IMG/VR virus record: IMGVR_UViG_3300045988_170206
Span: 32,001 to 96,000 of that record
Origin: a virus
Length of the DNA: 64,000 bases
Reading direction: 5' to 3' (one strand)
Position 1 is the first letter of the stretch. Every line of letters begins with the position of its first letter. Positions 37,079 to 45,660 of this stretch are shown piece after piece. Below the pieces are notes generated by a model that worked only from the letters and a program-made list of their open reading frames with translations, ran no database searches and was not told where the DNA came from. The translations under genes and the position numbers were made by a program.

Positions 37079-37318
37079 TCAGTTGTTGCGCACGGTGTAG
37101 CGCAGTGGGTGGCGGTCGTGGATGAGGACGGGGCGGGCGAGTGCTTCCTTGAGGCGCTGGTGTGCGTTGTTGAGTTCTTGGAAGGCGTGGGGGTCGCCGC
37201 CCCTGTCGGGGTGGAGGGTGCGAGCTCGGGCGCGGAACGCTCGGTTGAGGTCGGCGAGGGTCGCGGTGGAGGTCACGCCGAGGAGCTTGAGGTCGTGGGG
37301 GTTAGGGCGGGGGGTCAT
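37079..37318 (-). CDS. Stand-alone J-domain protein (79 aa)
   Basis: LLGVTSTATLADLNRAFRARARTLHPDRGGDPHAFQELNNAHQRL with the HPD tripeptide. ATGA overlap with the giant ATPase gene. Confidence 0.85.
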   Translation of the reverse strand: MTPRPNPHDLKLLGVTSTATLADLNRAFRARARTLHPDRGGDPHAFQELNNAHQRLKEALARPVLIHDRHPLRYTVRNN

Positions 37319-40300
37319 GCTTGTTCCTTGTTCTTCATCTGCTGGCGGTAGTTGGCGATGCCGCCGCCGATCATGGAGGCGAGGCTGCGCACGCCCCTGG
37401 ATGCGACGTTGGCGGCTCCCATGGCGAGGGTGCCGGTGAGGCCTGCGGTGATGCGCCAGGTCTTGCTCAGGCCTCCGAGGTCGGTGCGCTGCCAGGTCTT
37501 GCGCGTGTAGTCGCTGGCGTTGCGTTGGCCTGTGGAGAGGATGTGCGTGGCGGCGGACATGGCGCGCTGCATTTCGTCGTAGCGTCGCACGCCTGATGGT
37601 GTGCCGTTGATGGTGCTCCAGGTCTGGCGGTCGAACTCTTCGCCTTCGATGCTGATGTGCTGGAGGAGCGGCATGTCAGCGAAGAGCTGGGAGATTGACG
37701 AGTCGGGCTTGTACCCGAGGTCGGGGCAGACGTAGGAGCAATAGAAGTCCCAGGAGTCGAAGGACAGTCGGCGCAGGTTGGGCATCTCCCGTAGGACGGT
37801 CCAGTTCATGATGGGCGCGATGTTGGAGGAGCGGATCGCGTCGGTCATGTACGGGGGGATGACTTGGTTGTTGCGCCAGTCGTCGGTTACCTGGGTGCGG
37901 TAGGCGACTCCGTTCATGATGATGGTTTCGCCGACGACTCCGACGCGCTTGACGCGAGCCCAGGTGCCGGCCCATTCGTTCATGTCGGCGTAGAGCGCTG
38001 CTTGCACTGCGTCGGGGGTCATCTCTGTGGGGGTGATGGTGCGGGGGGTGCTGGTGTTGAACTCGTAGCCGCCGCCGGTGGTGGGTCGCACGGGGCTGGT
38101 GGAGTAGTCCCATGTGGGGGCGGGCGCGTCGGGTTCGTCGGGCATGGCCATGCGGTCGGCGTTGGGGTCGGTGGTGTCGTCCATGTCGGGGACGGTGGGG
38201 GCCGGGGGCATGGGTGGCGGTGGGGGGACAGGTGGGATTGGCGCAGTGGGTGTGGCGACGGTCGGGGGTTGGGGGATCGCTGTGTGCGCGTCTTGGGTGT
38301 CGCTGGCGGCGCGCTCGGCGGCTGGCTTATCGTCGTCGCCGGTGAGGCCGCTCATGTCCCACTCTTCTGCGTCGCTGCCCGCGAGCGCGAAGCCGCTGTT
38401 GGTGTCTTCTGACTCGAAGGCCTGGGGGTAGACGTGACGGAATAGGGTGACGGACTGGGGATCGTACTCGTAGCCCTGGAAGACGTTGTAGATGTCCTCG
38501 ACGGAGGCGATCCACTGCGGGCGCAGGTCGGACACCCATTCTTGCCAGGTGCCCTCGTAGCCGAGTTTGCGGACGGTGAGGTTCGCTGCGTCGGAGAGCT
38601 TCTGGAGTGTGGCCGCGGCTTGCTCGCGGGTGACTCCGGCTTTCGCGAGGTAGCCCTCAAAGCCGAGGGAGGGGTCGAGCTCGCCGGTGTCGGTGGACAC
38701 GTCGCGTCGGACGGCTTCTACGTCCACGCCTGCACTCTTCATGTAGGAGATGGAGTTGTTCCAGCAGTAGCCGTCTTCACTGCCGTCGGCGAACAGGAGG
38801 CCGGGGCGCAGGTAGGTGGCGGTGCGCGCGACGGATTCGTCGCCGTTCATGATCTTGTGGATGTTATCGCCGCTGAATCCGGGGAGGTAGGCGAAGCATC
38901 GCATGGTGGAGGACAGCTTGTCGGAGGCGTAGGAGCCGGGGGTGAGCTGGTTCAGGTAGTTGCGTCCAGGGTGATGGCCGATGAGCACGTCGGTCTTGCC
39001 GATGGAGGCGTAGCTGTAGATGAAGTTGTCAGCCTCCTTGAAGGGGATCGAGATGTTCTTCGTGCTGGCGTTGAGCGGTTTGCCTGCGGGGAAGAACTGG
39101 CCGATGTCAGTGACGGGGTTGACGGGATCCTGGCCGATCATGAAAACGCGGGAGCGTTTGGCTTCGGCGTTGTTGAAGCCTGCGTTGCGTAGCTGGGATA
39201 GTTTCTCGAAGGAGCGGCGCATCATGAAGTACATGCTGGTAAACCACAGTTCGCCGGGGTTCACTTCCTGCTTGGGCTTCTTCTTGTCGTCGAAGTCGGA
39301 CTGCTCCCACGCGACCCACTCGGACTCGTAGTTCGTGTAGCACATGTGGCCTTGCATGTTGGACTGGAAGAACGTCTGGATCTGCTGGTTCGTGTTACTG
39401 ATTTCATCGAACACGATGCAAATACCGTCTTTTCCGCCTAGTTGTTCAGCGATTTCGGGGCTGATTGTGCGGGCTGCGAGCATTCCGAGCGCGAGGATCA
39501 TGTATCGCAGGTAGACGACGGTGCCGAGGGTGCCCGTGTAGCCGGGGGCCCACGCGAGGTTGTTCTTGTTCAGGTACTCGGGGATGTGGGCGCGGGCTTC
39601 GAGCTCGGCGACCTTTGCTGCCGTGTACTGCATGAACATGTCCGTACCCTCTTCGGGGTTGCTGGCGATGTTCGAGCCGTTGATGACGAAAGCGTCGGGG
39701 TTGATCGACAGGAGAAGAGAGGCCATGTCGGGCTTGTTGTCGCCCAGGCCCGGCGCGATGCCGGCGATGAGGTGCATTGCAAGGATCGTCTGCGTGGTCA
39801 GGCCCTTACCGGATCGGGAGCCCGCGAAGATGCCGTGGCTGGTGTGATCGTTGAACTGCCTGATCTCCTTGCCGGTGGTCACTACGTCATCATCGAGGCC
39901 GATGCCGAGGATCATGTTGCTGGCGCTGGGCTTGCGTCCCTGGCGTTGCATCGCGTCGAGGATCTTGCCTGCCCACACGGGTGAGGCGTTGGCGAGTACC
40001 TTGTCCATGTCGTGCCGGAACTCCCAGAAGATCCCCTCGTTGATGGGGTCGTAGTTCTGGGCTGTTGTGCCGCCTGCGAAGCCGAGGGCTTCGACGATGG
40101 CGCGCTCGACGATGTTCTCGCTGAAGCCTTCGTAGGGGGTGAGGACTCGGACCTTGACCTTGACGGGGATGTTGCTCGGGGAGTTGTCGTAGGCGGAGAC
40201 GAGGACGCACGTCGTCATGGCCTTGTAGATGCTCTCGAGCGCGCCGACGACCTTGGTCATCATGGAGGGGTCGTGGTAGGCGAGGCCGTTGTCGGCTTCG

Positions 40301-41895
40301 CTCTTGAGGAGGGCGCGGACGACGGCGGTGAGCATGGCTTGCAGGCTCTTCTTGACTTCGCGTTCGCGGTAGGTGTCCCAGGAGGATGCGTCGCTGTGGC
40401 GGGGGTAGAGGTCTTGCGCGCCGTCGTTGGACTCTCGTCCAAAGGCATACTCGAGCATCTTGTAGGGGAAGTAGAAGCGTGTGCCGTTGGGGTAGGTGTT
40501 GCCCTGGCGGTCCTTCCCGTTAATCAGGATCTCGGCGATCTCGTTGATGTTTCTCGTCGGCATGGGGGTCAAGTGCTGCGCTGCTTGGATCTGTTCCCAG
40601 AGGCGCAGGAGGACGAGGTTGTGGGTGCGCTGGTAGGCGCGTCCGTCGGAGGAGAGGGCCATGAGTCGGCCTTGGCCTTCTTCGTCGCAGGTGAGGACAC
40701 CGGCGGGCTGGAGGACGCTGTAGCCGGACTTGAAGATGCGGTCGTACTCGTCGAGGATGCTTTCGGCGCGGGCGACGATCTGGCCTTGGTAGAAGGTCAT
40801 GGCCTCTTCGGGCACGTTGTCGCCGGCGGTTTCACCATTGAGGGCTGCGAGTACCTTGTCGATGGTGATGTCGCGGGTGATCTTCTCGAAGCCCAGGTTC
40901 GTGCGCGCATCCTGGGGGAGGGAGGCGAGGTAGAGGGCGGCTGAGCGTTCGTCGCTGGCTGCGTCAAGGAGGATGCCGCGGCTTTGAGAGTTGACCTTGG
41001 AGGCGAGTGCCTTGTGGTTGGCGAGGGTTGGCCACCATCCTGGCTGCGTGTCGAGGTCGGTGAGGTCGCGACACTGGGAGGCCATCGCCGCCGTGTAGGG
41101 CTCGCCTTTTTCGAGGCTGGCTTTGAGAAGGGCCAGGATCTTGGTGTGGTGGGGGCTGGTCTCGAAGTCGTGGAGACGATCAGCGAGGTCGTCGCCGGGG
41201 GTGTCCTCGTCGGGCGCGGGGATGCGGGCGGGCGCGTCCGTGTCGGTGTCGTCGCGCATCTGCTCGCGCTTGGGGGCCTTGAGGGAGGACAGGTAGGTCT
41301 CGAGGGTACCGCCGATCTGGTCGGAGGCGTAGACGTTGGGGGCGAGCTGGTAGGACTCGACGACCTGCGCGAAGGGGCGCAGTTGCGTGTAGTGGCCGTG
41401 TGTGGCGAAGTCGGTGGCCAGAGCGAGGCGCGCGCCTTCGGGTGCGTCGGGGATGAGGGGGCGGGGGTCGCCTTTCGCGCCGGAATGGGCCGACATGTAG
41501 GCTTCGCGTTCGAGGCGCAGGCTCCGGGCGATCTGCTCGATGGGGGGCATGATGTCGTCGGGGATCTGGTAGTAGCCGCCAAGGCGCACGCCTTCACTGA
41601 ACATGCTTTCGACGTTGACTCCCTCGAACATGCTGGCGGGGGCGACGATGGCTTCGAGTGCGCCGAACTGCTTGTGGGAGAGGGCGCGCAGCGGAGACTT
41701 CGACGTGGAGGAAGGTTTCGTGGCGGCGCGCGTGAGCTCGCCCTTCGTTTTGCCGTGACGTTCCACGTACACGCCGTCATGGGCGATGATGAGGGTCTTG
41801 ACCGTGTTGGGGGTCCATGTCCCGTAGTCGGTGCCGTCGCCGTCGGTGATGTAGTGGCCTCCGAGGGCCTTGATGGTGTCGTCGTAGGTAGTCAC
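37315..41895 (-). CDS. Giant (1526 aa) soluble P-loop protein with a TraG/VirD4- or FtsK-HerA-like ATPase core, a Pro-rich linker and a distinct C-terminal domain
   Basis: Walker A FAGSRSGKGLTT, Walker B ICIVFDEISN about 120 aa later, then RVFMIGQD. No N-terminal TM. PPVPPPPPMPPAPT linker. GTG start. Confidence 0.6.
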   Translation of the reverse strand: MTTYDDTIKALGGHYITDGDGTDYGTWTPNTVKTLIIAHDGVYVERHGKTKGELTRAATKPSSTSKSPLRALSHKQFGALEAIVAPASMFEGVNVESMFSEGVRLGGYYQIPDDIMPPIEQIARSLRLEREAYMSAHSGAKGDPRPLIPDAPEGARLALATDFATHGHYTQLRPFAQVVESYQLAPNVYASDQIGGTLETYLSSLKAPKREQMRDDTDTDAPARIPAPDEDTPGDDLADRLHDFETSPHHTKILALLKASLEKGEPYTAAMASQCRDLTDLDTQPGWWPTLANHKALASKVNSQSRGILLDAASDERSAALYLASLPQDARTNLGFEKITRDITIDKVLAALNGETAGDNVPEEAMTFYQGQIVARAESILDEYDRIFKSGYSVLQPAGVLTCDEEGQGRLMALSSDGRAYQRTHNLVLLRLWEQIQAAQHLTPMPTRNINEIAEILINGKDRQGNTYPNGTRFYFPYKMLEYAFGRESNDGAQDLYPRHSDASSWDTYREREVKKSLQAMLTAVVRALLKSEADNGLAYHDPSMMTKVVGALESIYKAMTTCVLVSAYDNSPSNIPVKVKVRVLTPYEGFSENIVERAIVEALGFAGGTTAQNYDPINEGIFWEFRHDMDKVLANASPVWAGKILDAMQRQGRKPSASNMILGIGLDDDVVTTGKEIRQFNDHTSHGIFAGSRSGKGLTTQTILAMHLIAGIAPGLGDNKPDMASLLLSINPDAFVINGSNIASNPEEGTDMFMQYTAAKVAELEARAHIPEYLNKNNLAWAPGYTGTLGTVVYLRYMILALGMLAARTISPEIAEQLGGKDGICIVFDEISNTNQQIQTFFQSNMQGHMCYTNYESEWVAWEQSDFDDKKKPKQEVNPGELWFTSMYFMMRRSFEKLSQLRNAGFNNAEAKRSRVFMIGQDPVNPVTDIGQFFPAGKPLNASTKNISIPFKEADNFIYSYASIGKTDVLIGHHPGRNYLNQLTPGSYASDKLSSTMRCFAYLPGFSGDNIHKIMNGDESVARTATYLRPGLLFADGSEDGYCWNNSISYMKSAGVDVEAVRRDVSTDTGELDPSLGFEGYLAKAGVTREQAAATLQKLSDAANLTVRKLGYEGTWQEWVSDLRPQWIASVEDIYNVFQGYEYDPQSVTLFRHVYPQAFESEDTNSGFALAGSDAEEWDMSGLTGDDDKPAAERAASDTQDAHTAIPQPPTVATPTAPIPPVPPPPPMPPAPTVPDMDDTTDPNADRMAMPDEPDAPAPTWDYSTSPVRPTTGGGYEFNTSTPRTITPTEMTPDAVQAALYADMNEWAGTWARVKRVGVVGETIIMNGVAYRTQVTDDWRNNQVIPPYMTDAIRSSNIAPIMNWTVLREMPNLRRLSFDSWDFYCSYVCPDLGYKPDSSISQLFADMPLLQHISIEGEEFDRQTWSTINGTPSGVRRYDEMQRAMSAATHILSTGQRNASDYTRKTWQRTDLGGLSKTWRITAGLTGTLAMGAANVASRGVRSLASMIGGGIANYRQQMKNKEQA

Positions 41896-42089
41896 GAGGA
41901 CTCTACCTTTCCGTTGTGGTCGCAGGTGTTCAGTGTGTGAGTGTTAGTGCTGGCGGGATGGTGCCCGTAATGCAGGGCACCCCCACCCATCGAGCGCTTG
42001 TCTCGCTGGTTGCGTCACCTGGTGGCAATAGGTGGCGTTCTCGGCGAGGGGCGTATCGGGGTGAGGGTGCGGCCTGTGGGGGACTGGGG

Positions 42090-42248
42090 TCACCAGTCGG
42101 AGCCACCTCCAGCGGAAGCGGTAGCGATGTCGCTGCGACCTTCGGCGCGGATTTTGCTGCGCTCGACTGCGCGACCGACCTTGTAGCCGATGAAGGCGGG
42201 AACGCCAATGACGGCGATGATGGCGAGGATTGTGAGGGCCAAGTGCAT
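42090..42248 (-). CDS. Small membrane protein (52 aa)
   Basis: MHLALTILAIIAVIGVPAFIGYKVGRAVERSK... Below the ORF-track cutoff. AAAGGA upstream. G/C-rich third positions. Confidence 0.4.
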   Translation of the reverse strand: MHLALTILAIIAVIGVPAFIGYKVGRAVERSKIRAEGRSDIATASAGGGSDW

Positions 42249-42272
42249 GATGGGTCCTTTGCTTGGTTGGGG

Positions 42273-42526
42273 TTAGGCTACGACGAGTGCCGCGGCCTTT
42301 TCGATGCGGTCGGGGCGGAACCCGCCCCAGGTCTCCAGGATAGCGCCGTCCCCACTGCGGACTGCGACGACAGGCGCTTGGCTGTATCCGAGGCCCTTGA
42401 TGAGGTTGAGGGAGTCCTCATCCTTGGTGACATCAACGGACTCGTGGCCACGCCCAGCTTCTTGAGCTTCCTGTAGGTCGCGTCGCACTGGGGGCAGCGG
42501 GGCTTGGAGTAGACGGTGATCGACAT
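42273..42526 (-). pseudogene. nrdH: NrdH-type glutaredoxin-like protein interrupted by a -1 frameshift
   Basis: Frame A gives MSITVYSKPRCPQCDATYRKLKKLGV. Frame B gives HESVDVTKDEDSLNLIKGLGYSQAPVV...WGGFRPDRIEKA. The frames meet at about 42446-42448 (GTGGCC|ACGAG). One extra C would restore an ~84-aa NrdH with the CxxC and WxGFRP hallmarks. Confidence 0.75.
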
Positions 42527-42761
42527 GAGTGGTTCCTTCCTATCCCCACGGTGGGGGCTTGGGTTTGGTCTTCTGGGTTACGAGTATCCATCGTGGGGAG
42601 CGTCATGAGTGTAGCGGCGCACCCAAGGGTGGACATGTGCCCATCATGCCACACAAACTCAGACGTGCACGAACTGGACAGGCCATTCGCAGCGTAAATG
42701 TGCGAGATGCCTAGACGTTCTGTGCTGTTAGGCGCAGATATGTTGCCTCAGAGGTGAGGGG

Positions 42762-42861
42762 GTAGTCCAAGTTTTGGATGACGTTCACCACCCAAGCAGG
42801 TCACTTTTTCGGGGGGGGGTAGTCCAAGTTTGAGACGACCCCGTAGTCCAAGTTCTGGACG
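42762..42861 (+). promoter_or_regulatory. Three direct copies of GTAGTCCAAGTT(N)(T/G)(G/A)GA(C/T)G in the divergent hub (candidate operator or promoter element)
   Basis: Copies at 42762-42780, 42819-42837 and 42843-42861. A G9 run at 42811-42819 abuts copy 2. Confidence 0.5.
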
Positions 42862-43058
42862 TAAACGTATATAGAAACCATTGAAGATAAAGAACTACCC
42901 CCTCTAGTCCCCCAAGCCGTTCACGCGAGGCTGTCCAAAGCGCATGGCTGGTTGAGCAGGCGCGCGCTTCGCGCACGCGAGCGAGAGACACACGTAGTTG
43001 AATTGCACACAAAGGGAGGTGTGTGTAGACTGACGATCACCAGAAAGGAAGGAGCAAC

Positions 43059-43499
43059 ATGCTTACCACCGACCCCGTTATCCAGGCAGGCGTACTCGCC
43101 ACACGCGAGTGCATGATCCCCGGAAGAGCCCGAATCAAGCACTCTGTCCAGTGCTTCCTCCGAGAGCTCATGAGGGAATGGCCTACTGACGAAAGCGAAG
43201 ATCTCCTCTTCAGCATCACCGCCGCCTCTAAGCGCGTTGGCCTCGACCGCTCCGTCCTGTATGTCGGACGGCGCAACCTCGTCGCTGACGACGCGATACG
43301 TTTCCGCCAGCGCGAAGACGGCGGCATCGTCTACTACGTGGACTGGGCCAAGATCGTCAACGCTTACGGTATGAAGCGTCTTGGCGTTCAGGCTCACGGC
43401 GAGTCTCACTCGTTCGAGTCTGCGGGGTGTCCCAAGGAGCCTTGCACCCCGGAGCCGGACCCGAAACAGCACAAGCGCTCATCCAAGAAGGGAGAATGA
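43059..43499 (+). CDS. Small DNA-binding protein candidate (HTH, Xis/MerR-like)
   Basis: Strong RBS GGAAGGAG. FSITAASKRVGLDRSVLYVGRRNL resembles an HTH_17-type motif. Confidence 0.55.
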   Translation: MLTTDPVIQAGVLATRECMIPGRARIKHSVQCFLRELMREWPTDESEDLLFSITAASKRVGLDRSVLYVGRRNLVADDAIRFRQREDGGIVYYVDWAKIVNAYGMKRLGVQAHGESHSFESAGCPKEPCTPEPDPKQHKRSSKKGE

Positions 43500-43502
43500 G
43501 CG

Positions 43503-44138
43503 ATGTCTAGCTTCGAAGAGTGCAACGCGCAGCTCGCAGCACCCAAGCGCACGGGGGAAGATAGCCCCCTGTACGGTCTGGGAGCTGTGTCCCACCCGGC
43601 CATCGCAGTCATCCATTTCGACCCGCTGCTGGAGCACAAGCTCACGCGCAAAGAGAGGGCCTTCATGGTCTGGTTCTTCACGCGCTGGAACGATCCCTAC
43701 GTTGAGTACGACGTTGAGGGGATCATGAAGCTGACAAACATGAAGCGCGATGAAGTGCACATGACTCTCTACAACCTGTGCGCGCGCGACATCATCCGCA
43801 TGAAGGCCATGCAGCGGAAGGATGACGAGACAAAGGTTGCGGTCTTCCTGTACTTCGAGCCCTCCCACCTTTTCGTGCCCGAAGCTGTGAACCTGGCTGG
43901 CTGCTTCAATGGGTGTGTCCACTCGTTCTCCGAGTGGGTTGACCCCGCACGACCAGTCACCCTCGAAGAGATCGAAGCGTCACTGCCTACCTACGAGTGG
44001 ATCGATCCGCGCAACATGAAGTGGCTTCAAGCCCAGCGCGAGAAGGGGAGCAACCAGACCCGAACGCAGAAACGTCTTGCTTTCGAGGCTCAGGCCAAGA
44101 AGGACGAAGCCGGGGCGGAAACCCGGACGCAGAAGTAA
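43503..44138 (+). CDS. Winged-helix (MarR-like) protein, paralog 1
   Basis: LTRKERAFMVWFFTRW...GIMKLTNMKRDEVHMTLYNLCARDIIRM..VAVFLYF aligns with the N-domain of the next gene. Confidence 0.6.
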   Translation: MSSFEECNAQLAAPKRTGEDSPLYGLGAVSHPAIAVIHFDPLLEHKLTRKERAFMVWFFTRWNDPYVEYDVEGIMKLTNMKRDEVHMTLYNLCARDIIRMKAMQRKDDETKVAVFLYFEPSHLFVPEAVNLAGCFNGCVHSFSEWVDPARPVTLEEIEASLPTYEWIDPRNMKWLQAQREKGSNQTRTQKRLAFEAQAKKDEAGAETRTQK

Positions 44139-44143
44139 AAGCA

Positions 44144-44173
44144 AGAGGGGGAACCCCTTGAGGCTCCCCCTCT
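44144..44173 (+). terminator. Short hairpin after the 43503-44138 gene
   Basis: AGAGGGGGA (44144-44152) pairs with TCCCCCTCT (44165-44173), 12-nt loop. Confidence 0.35.
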
Positions 44174-44214
44174 CTCATAGAAAGATAGCTATATTGTATC
44201 AGCTTTTTGACGGA

Positions 44215-45642
44215 ATGCACGTGTCTGCACTCCACGCTGCCGTCAACTTCCGCAAGCACCTCAAGGTGGACCTGAGTCGCAGGGAAGTTCTGACACTCAT
44301 GGCGCTGTTCACCTTCTGGCAGTGCAAGATCATCAGCCCCTCCTACAACCTCCTCCTCGAGCGGTGTGTTGGCGCAAAGCGCTCCACGATGTTCACCGCC
44401 ATGAAGTCCCTCGAGGACCGAGGCCTCCTCATTCGACGCTCGTTCCTGGATCGCAAGGACGGGTCGCGCCACGTCGTGTTCTTCCTGGACCTCCCTGGGA
44501 TCTTCACCGACGAATGCTGCGCGCAGCTCGACTCCGATCCCAAGTCGCCGATCACGACCCGTCACACCATCGAAGTGGGGCGAACTGCCAGCACTGAGGA
44601 AATCCTCGCCATGGTCACGTTCGCTGACGTGTCCCAGTGGCAGGAAATCGACTGCAAGCTGACACGTAGGAAGCTGCCACTAGGTAACTTCGACGACCTA
44701 AGCGGCTTCCTCCTGCCCTGCCCGGACAACTTTCCTGTGCACGAAGAGGAAGAGCCAAAGCCGGAGCTGTGCGTCGCAGTCAGCGACAACCAAGGCGATC
44801 TCTTCGACATGCTGCACGAAGCGAAGACACAGGAAACCAGCAACAAGGCCGCGGCAACGCATGGCACGGAAGACCAAGGCGCATATGGCACGTTGTGGCC
44901 TACTGCCGCCACCATCCCTGGCGGCTCAGTGTGGACCCCTGCCGACGTGGAGGACACGTCCACGGTGCCCGCTACTCCAGCAGCGGGAGAGAGCGTCCAG
45001 GAGCGCGCTGAGCGCATCATCCGCGACCATCCTGGCGACGACATGATCGATGCTGAGATCATCGACGTGGAGATCGTCGAAGACGAAACCCCCTCGGACG
45101 CGCTGATCGACGTTCCCGCGTCCCAGGAGCTCGCCATCGCCACCCCTGCGGTGCCCGTGAAGGCCAAGAAGCAGACCGGCTACACCGATGACTTTGAGAA
45201 CTTCTGGCGCACCTACCCGCGCCGCATCGAGAAGAAGTCCGCCTTCAAGGCATGGAAGACTGCGCTCAAGAGCGGAGCAACCGCCGACGAGATCACCGCA
45301 GGCGCAGCCCGCTACGCCAAGTACCGCGCAGGCGAACCCGAGCGCTTCACAAAGCACCCCTCGACCTGGCTCAACCAGGGATGCTGGGAGGACGAGTACT
45401 CGACCGCCGGCATCGGCTACGGATACAACGGCGGCAACGGCACTGGCCTCGTTGCTCGCACACCAGAGGAGGCCGAATACCTCCGCCAGCTCGACAACTC
45501 CTGCTCGGAGATGTTCTACCGCAGCCTCGGCTTCAACAGCGCTGAGGAATACGTTGAGTACCAGCGAGGAATCGCCGAACTCAACGCCCGAGAAGCCGAA
45601 GCTGCATACGCCGAAGCCGCAGCCCGACGCATCGCTTTCTGA
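44215..45642 (+). CDS. Winged-helix paralog 2 fused to an acidic linker and a C-terminal FxxFWxxYP...WLNxxCW module (candidate replication initiator or replisome organiser)
   Basis: LSRREVLTLMALFTFW...STMFTAMKSLEDRGLLIRR..HVVFFL. C-terminus DDFENFWRTYPRRIEKKSAFKAWKTAL...HPSTWLNQGCWEDEY. Start after the hairpin. The track extension from 44077 is rejected. Confidence 0.5.
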   Translation: MHVSALHAAVNFRKHLKVDLSRREVLTLMALFTFWQCKIISPSYNLLLERCVGAKRSTMFTAMKSLEDRGLLIRRSFLDRKDGSRHVVFFLDLPGIFTDECCAQLDSDPKSPITTRHTIEVGRTASTEEILAMVTFADVSQWQEIDCKLTRRKLPLGNFDDLSGFLLPCPDNFPVHEEEEPKPELCVAVSDNQGDLFDMLHEAKTQETSNKAAATHGTEDQGAYGTLWPTAATIPGGSVWTPADVEDTSTVPATPAAGESVQERAERIIRDHPGDDMIDAEIIDVEIVEDETPSDALIDVPASQELAIATPAVPVKAKKQTGYTDDFENFWRTYPRRIEKKSAFKAWKTALKSGATADEITAGAARYAKYRAGEPERFTKHPSTWLNQGCWEDEYSTAGIGYGYNGGNGTGLVARTPEEAEYLRQLDNSCSEMFYRSLGFNSAEEYVEYQRGIAELNAREAEAAYAEAAARRIAF

Positions 45643-45660
45643 CCCCGAAAAGAGCCTCCA

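Noticed and set aside
23561-41895. Type VII (ESX-like) secretion locus, suggested by the FHA domain, the kinase and the big P-loop ATPase
   Set aside because: The ATPase shows one P-loop, not the two or three FtsK-like repeats of EccC/EssC, and it has no TMs. No WXG100-type small helical proteins were seen (the 88- to 105-aa ORFs lack WxG), and no mycosin or EccB/D-like proteins.
41960-41981. Short hairpin GGTGCCC/GGGCACC between the small TM gene and the giant ATPase gene
   Set aside because: The stem is only 7 bp, there is no U-tract, and both flanking genes appear to be co-transcribed. This is too weak to call a terminator.
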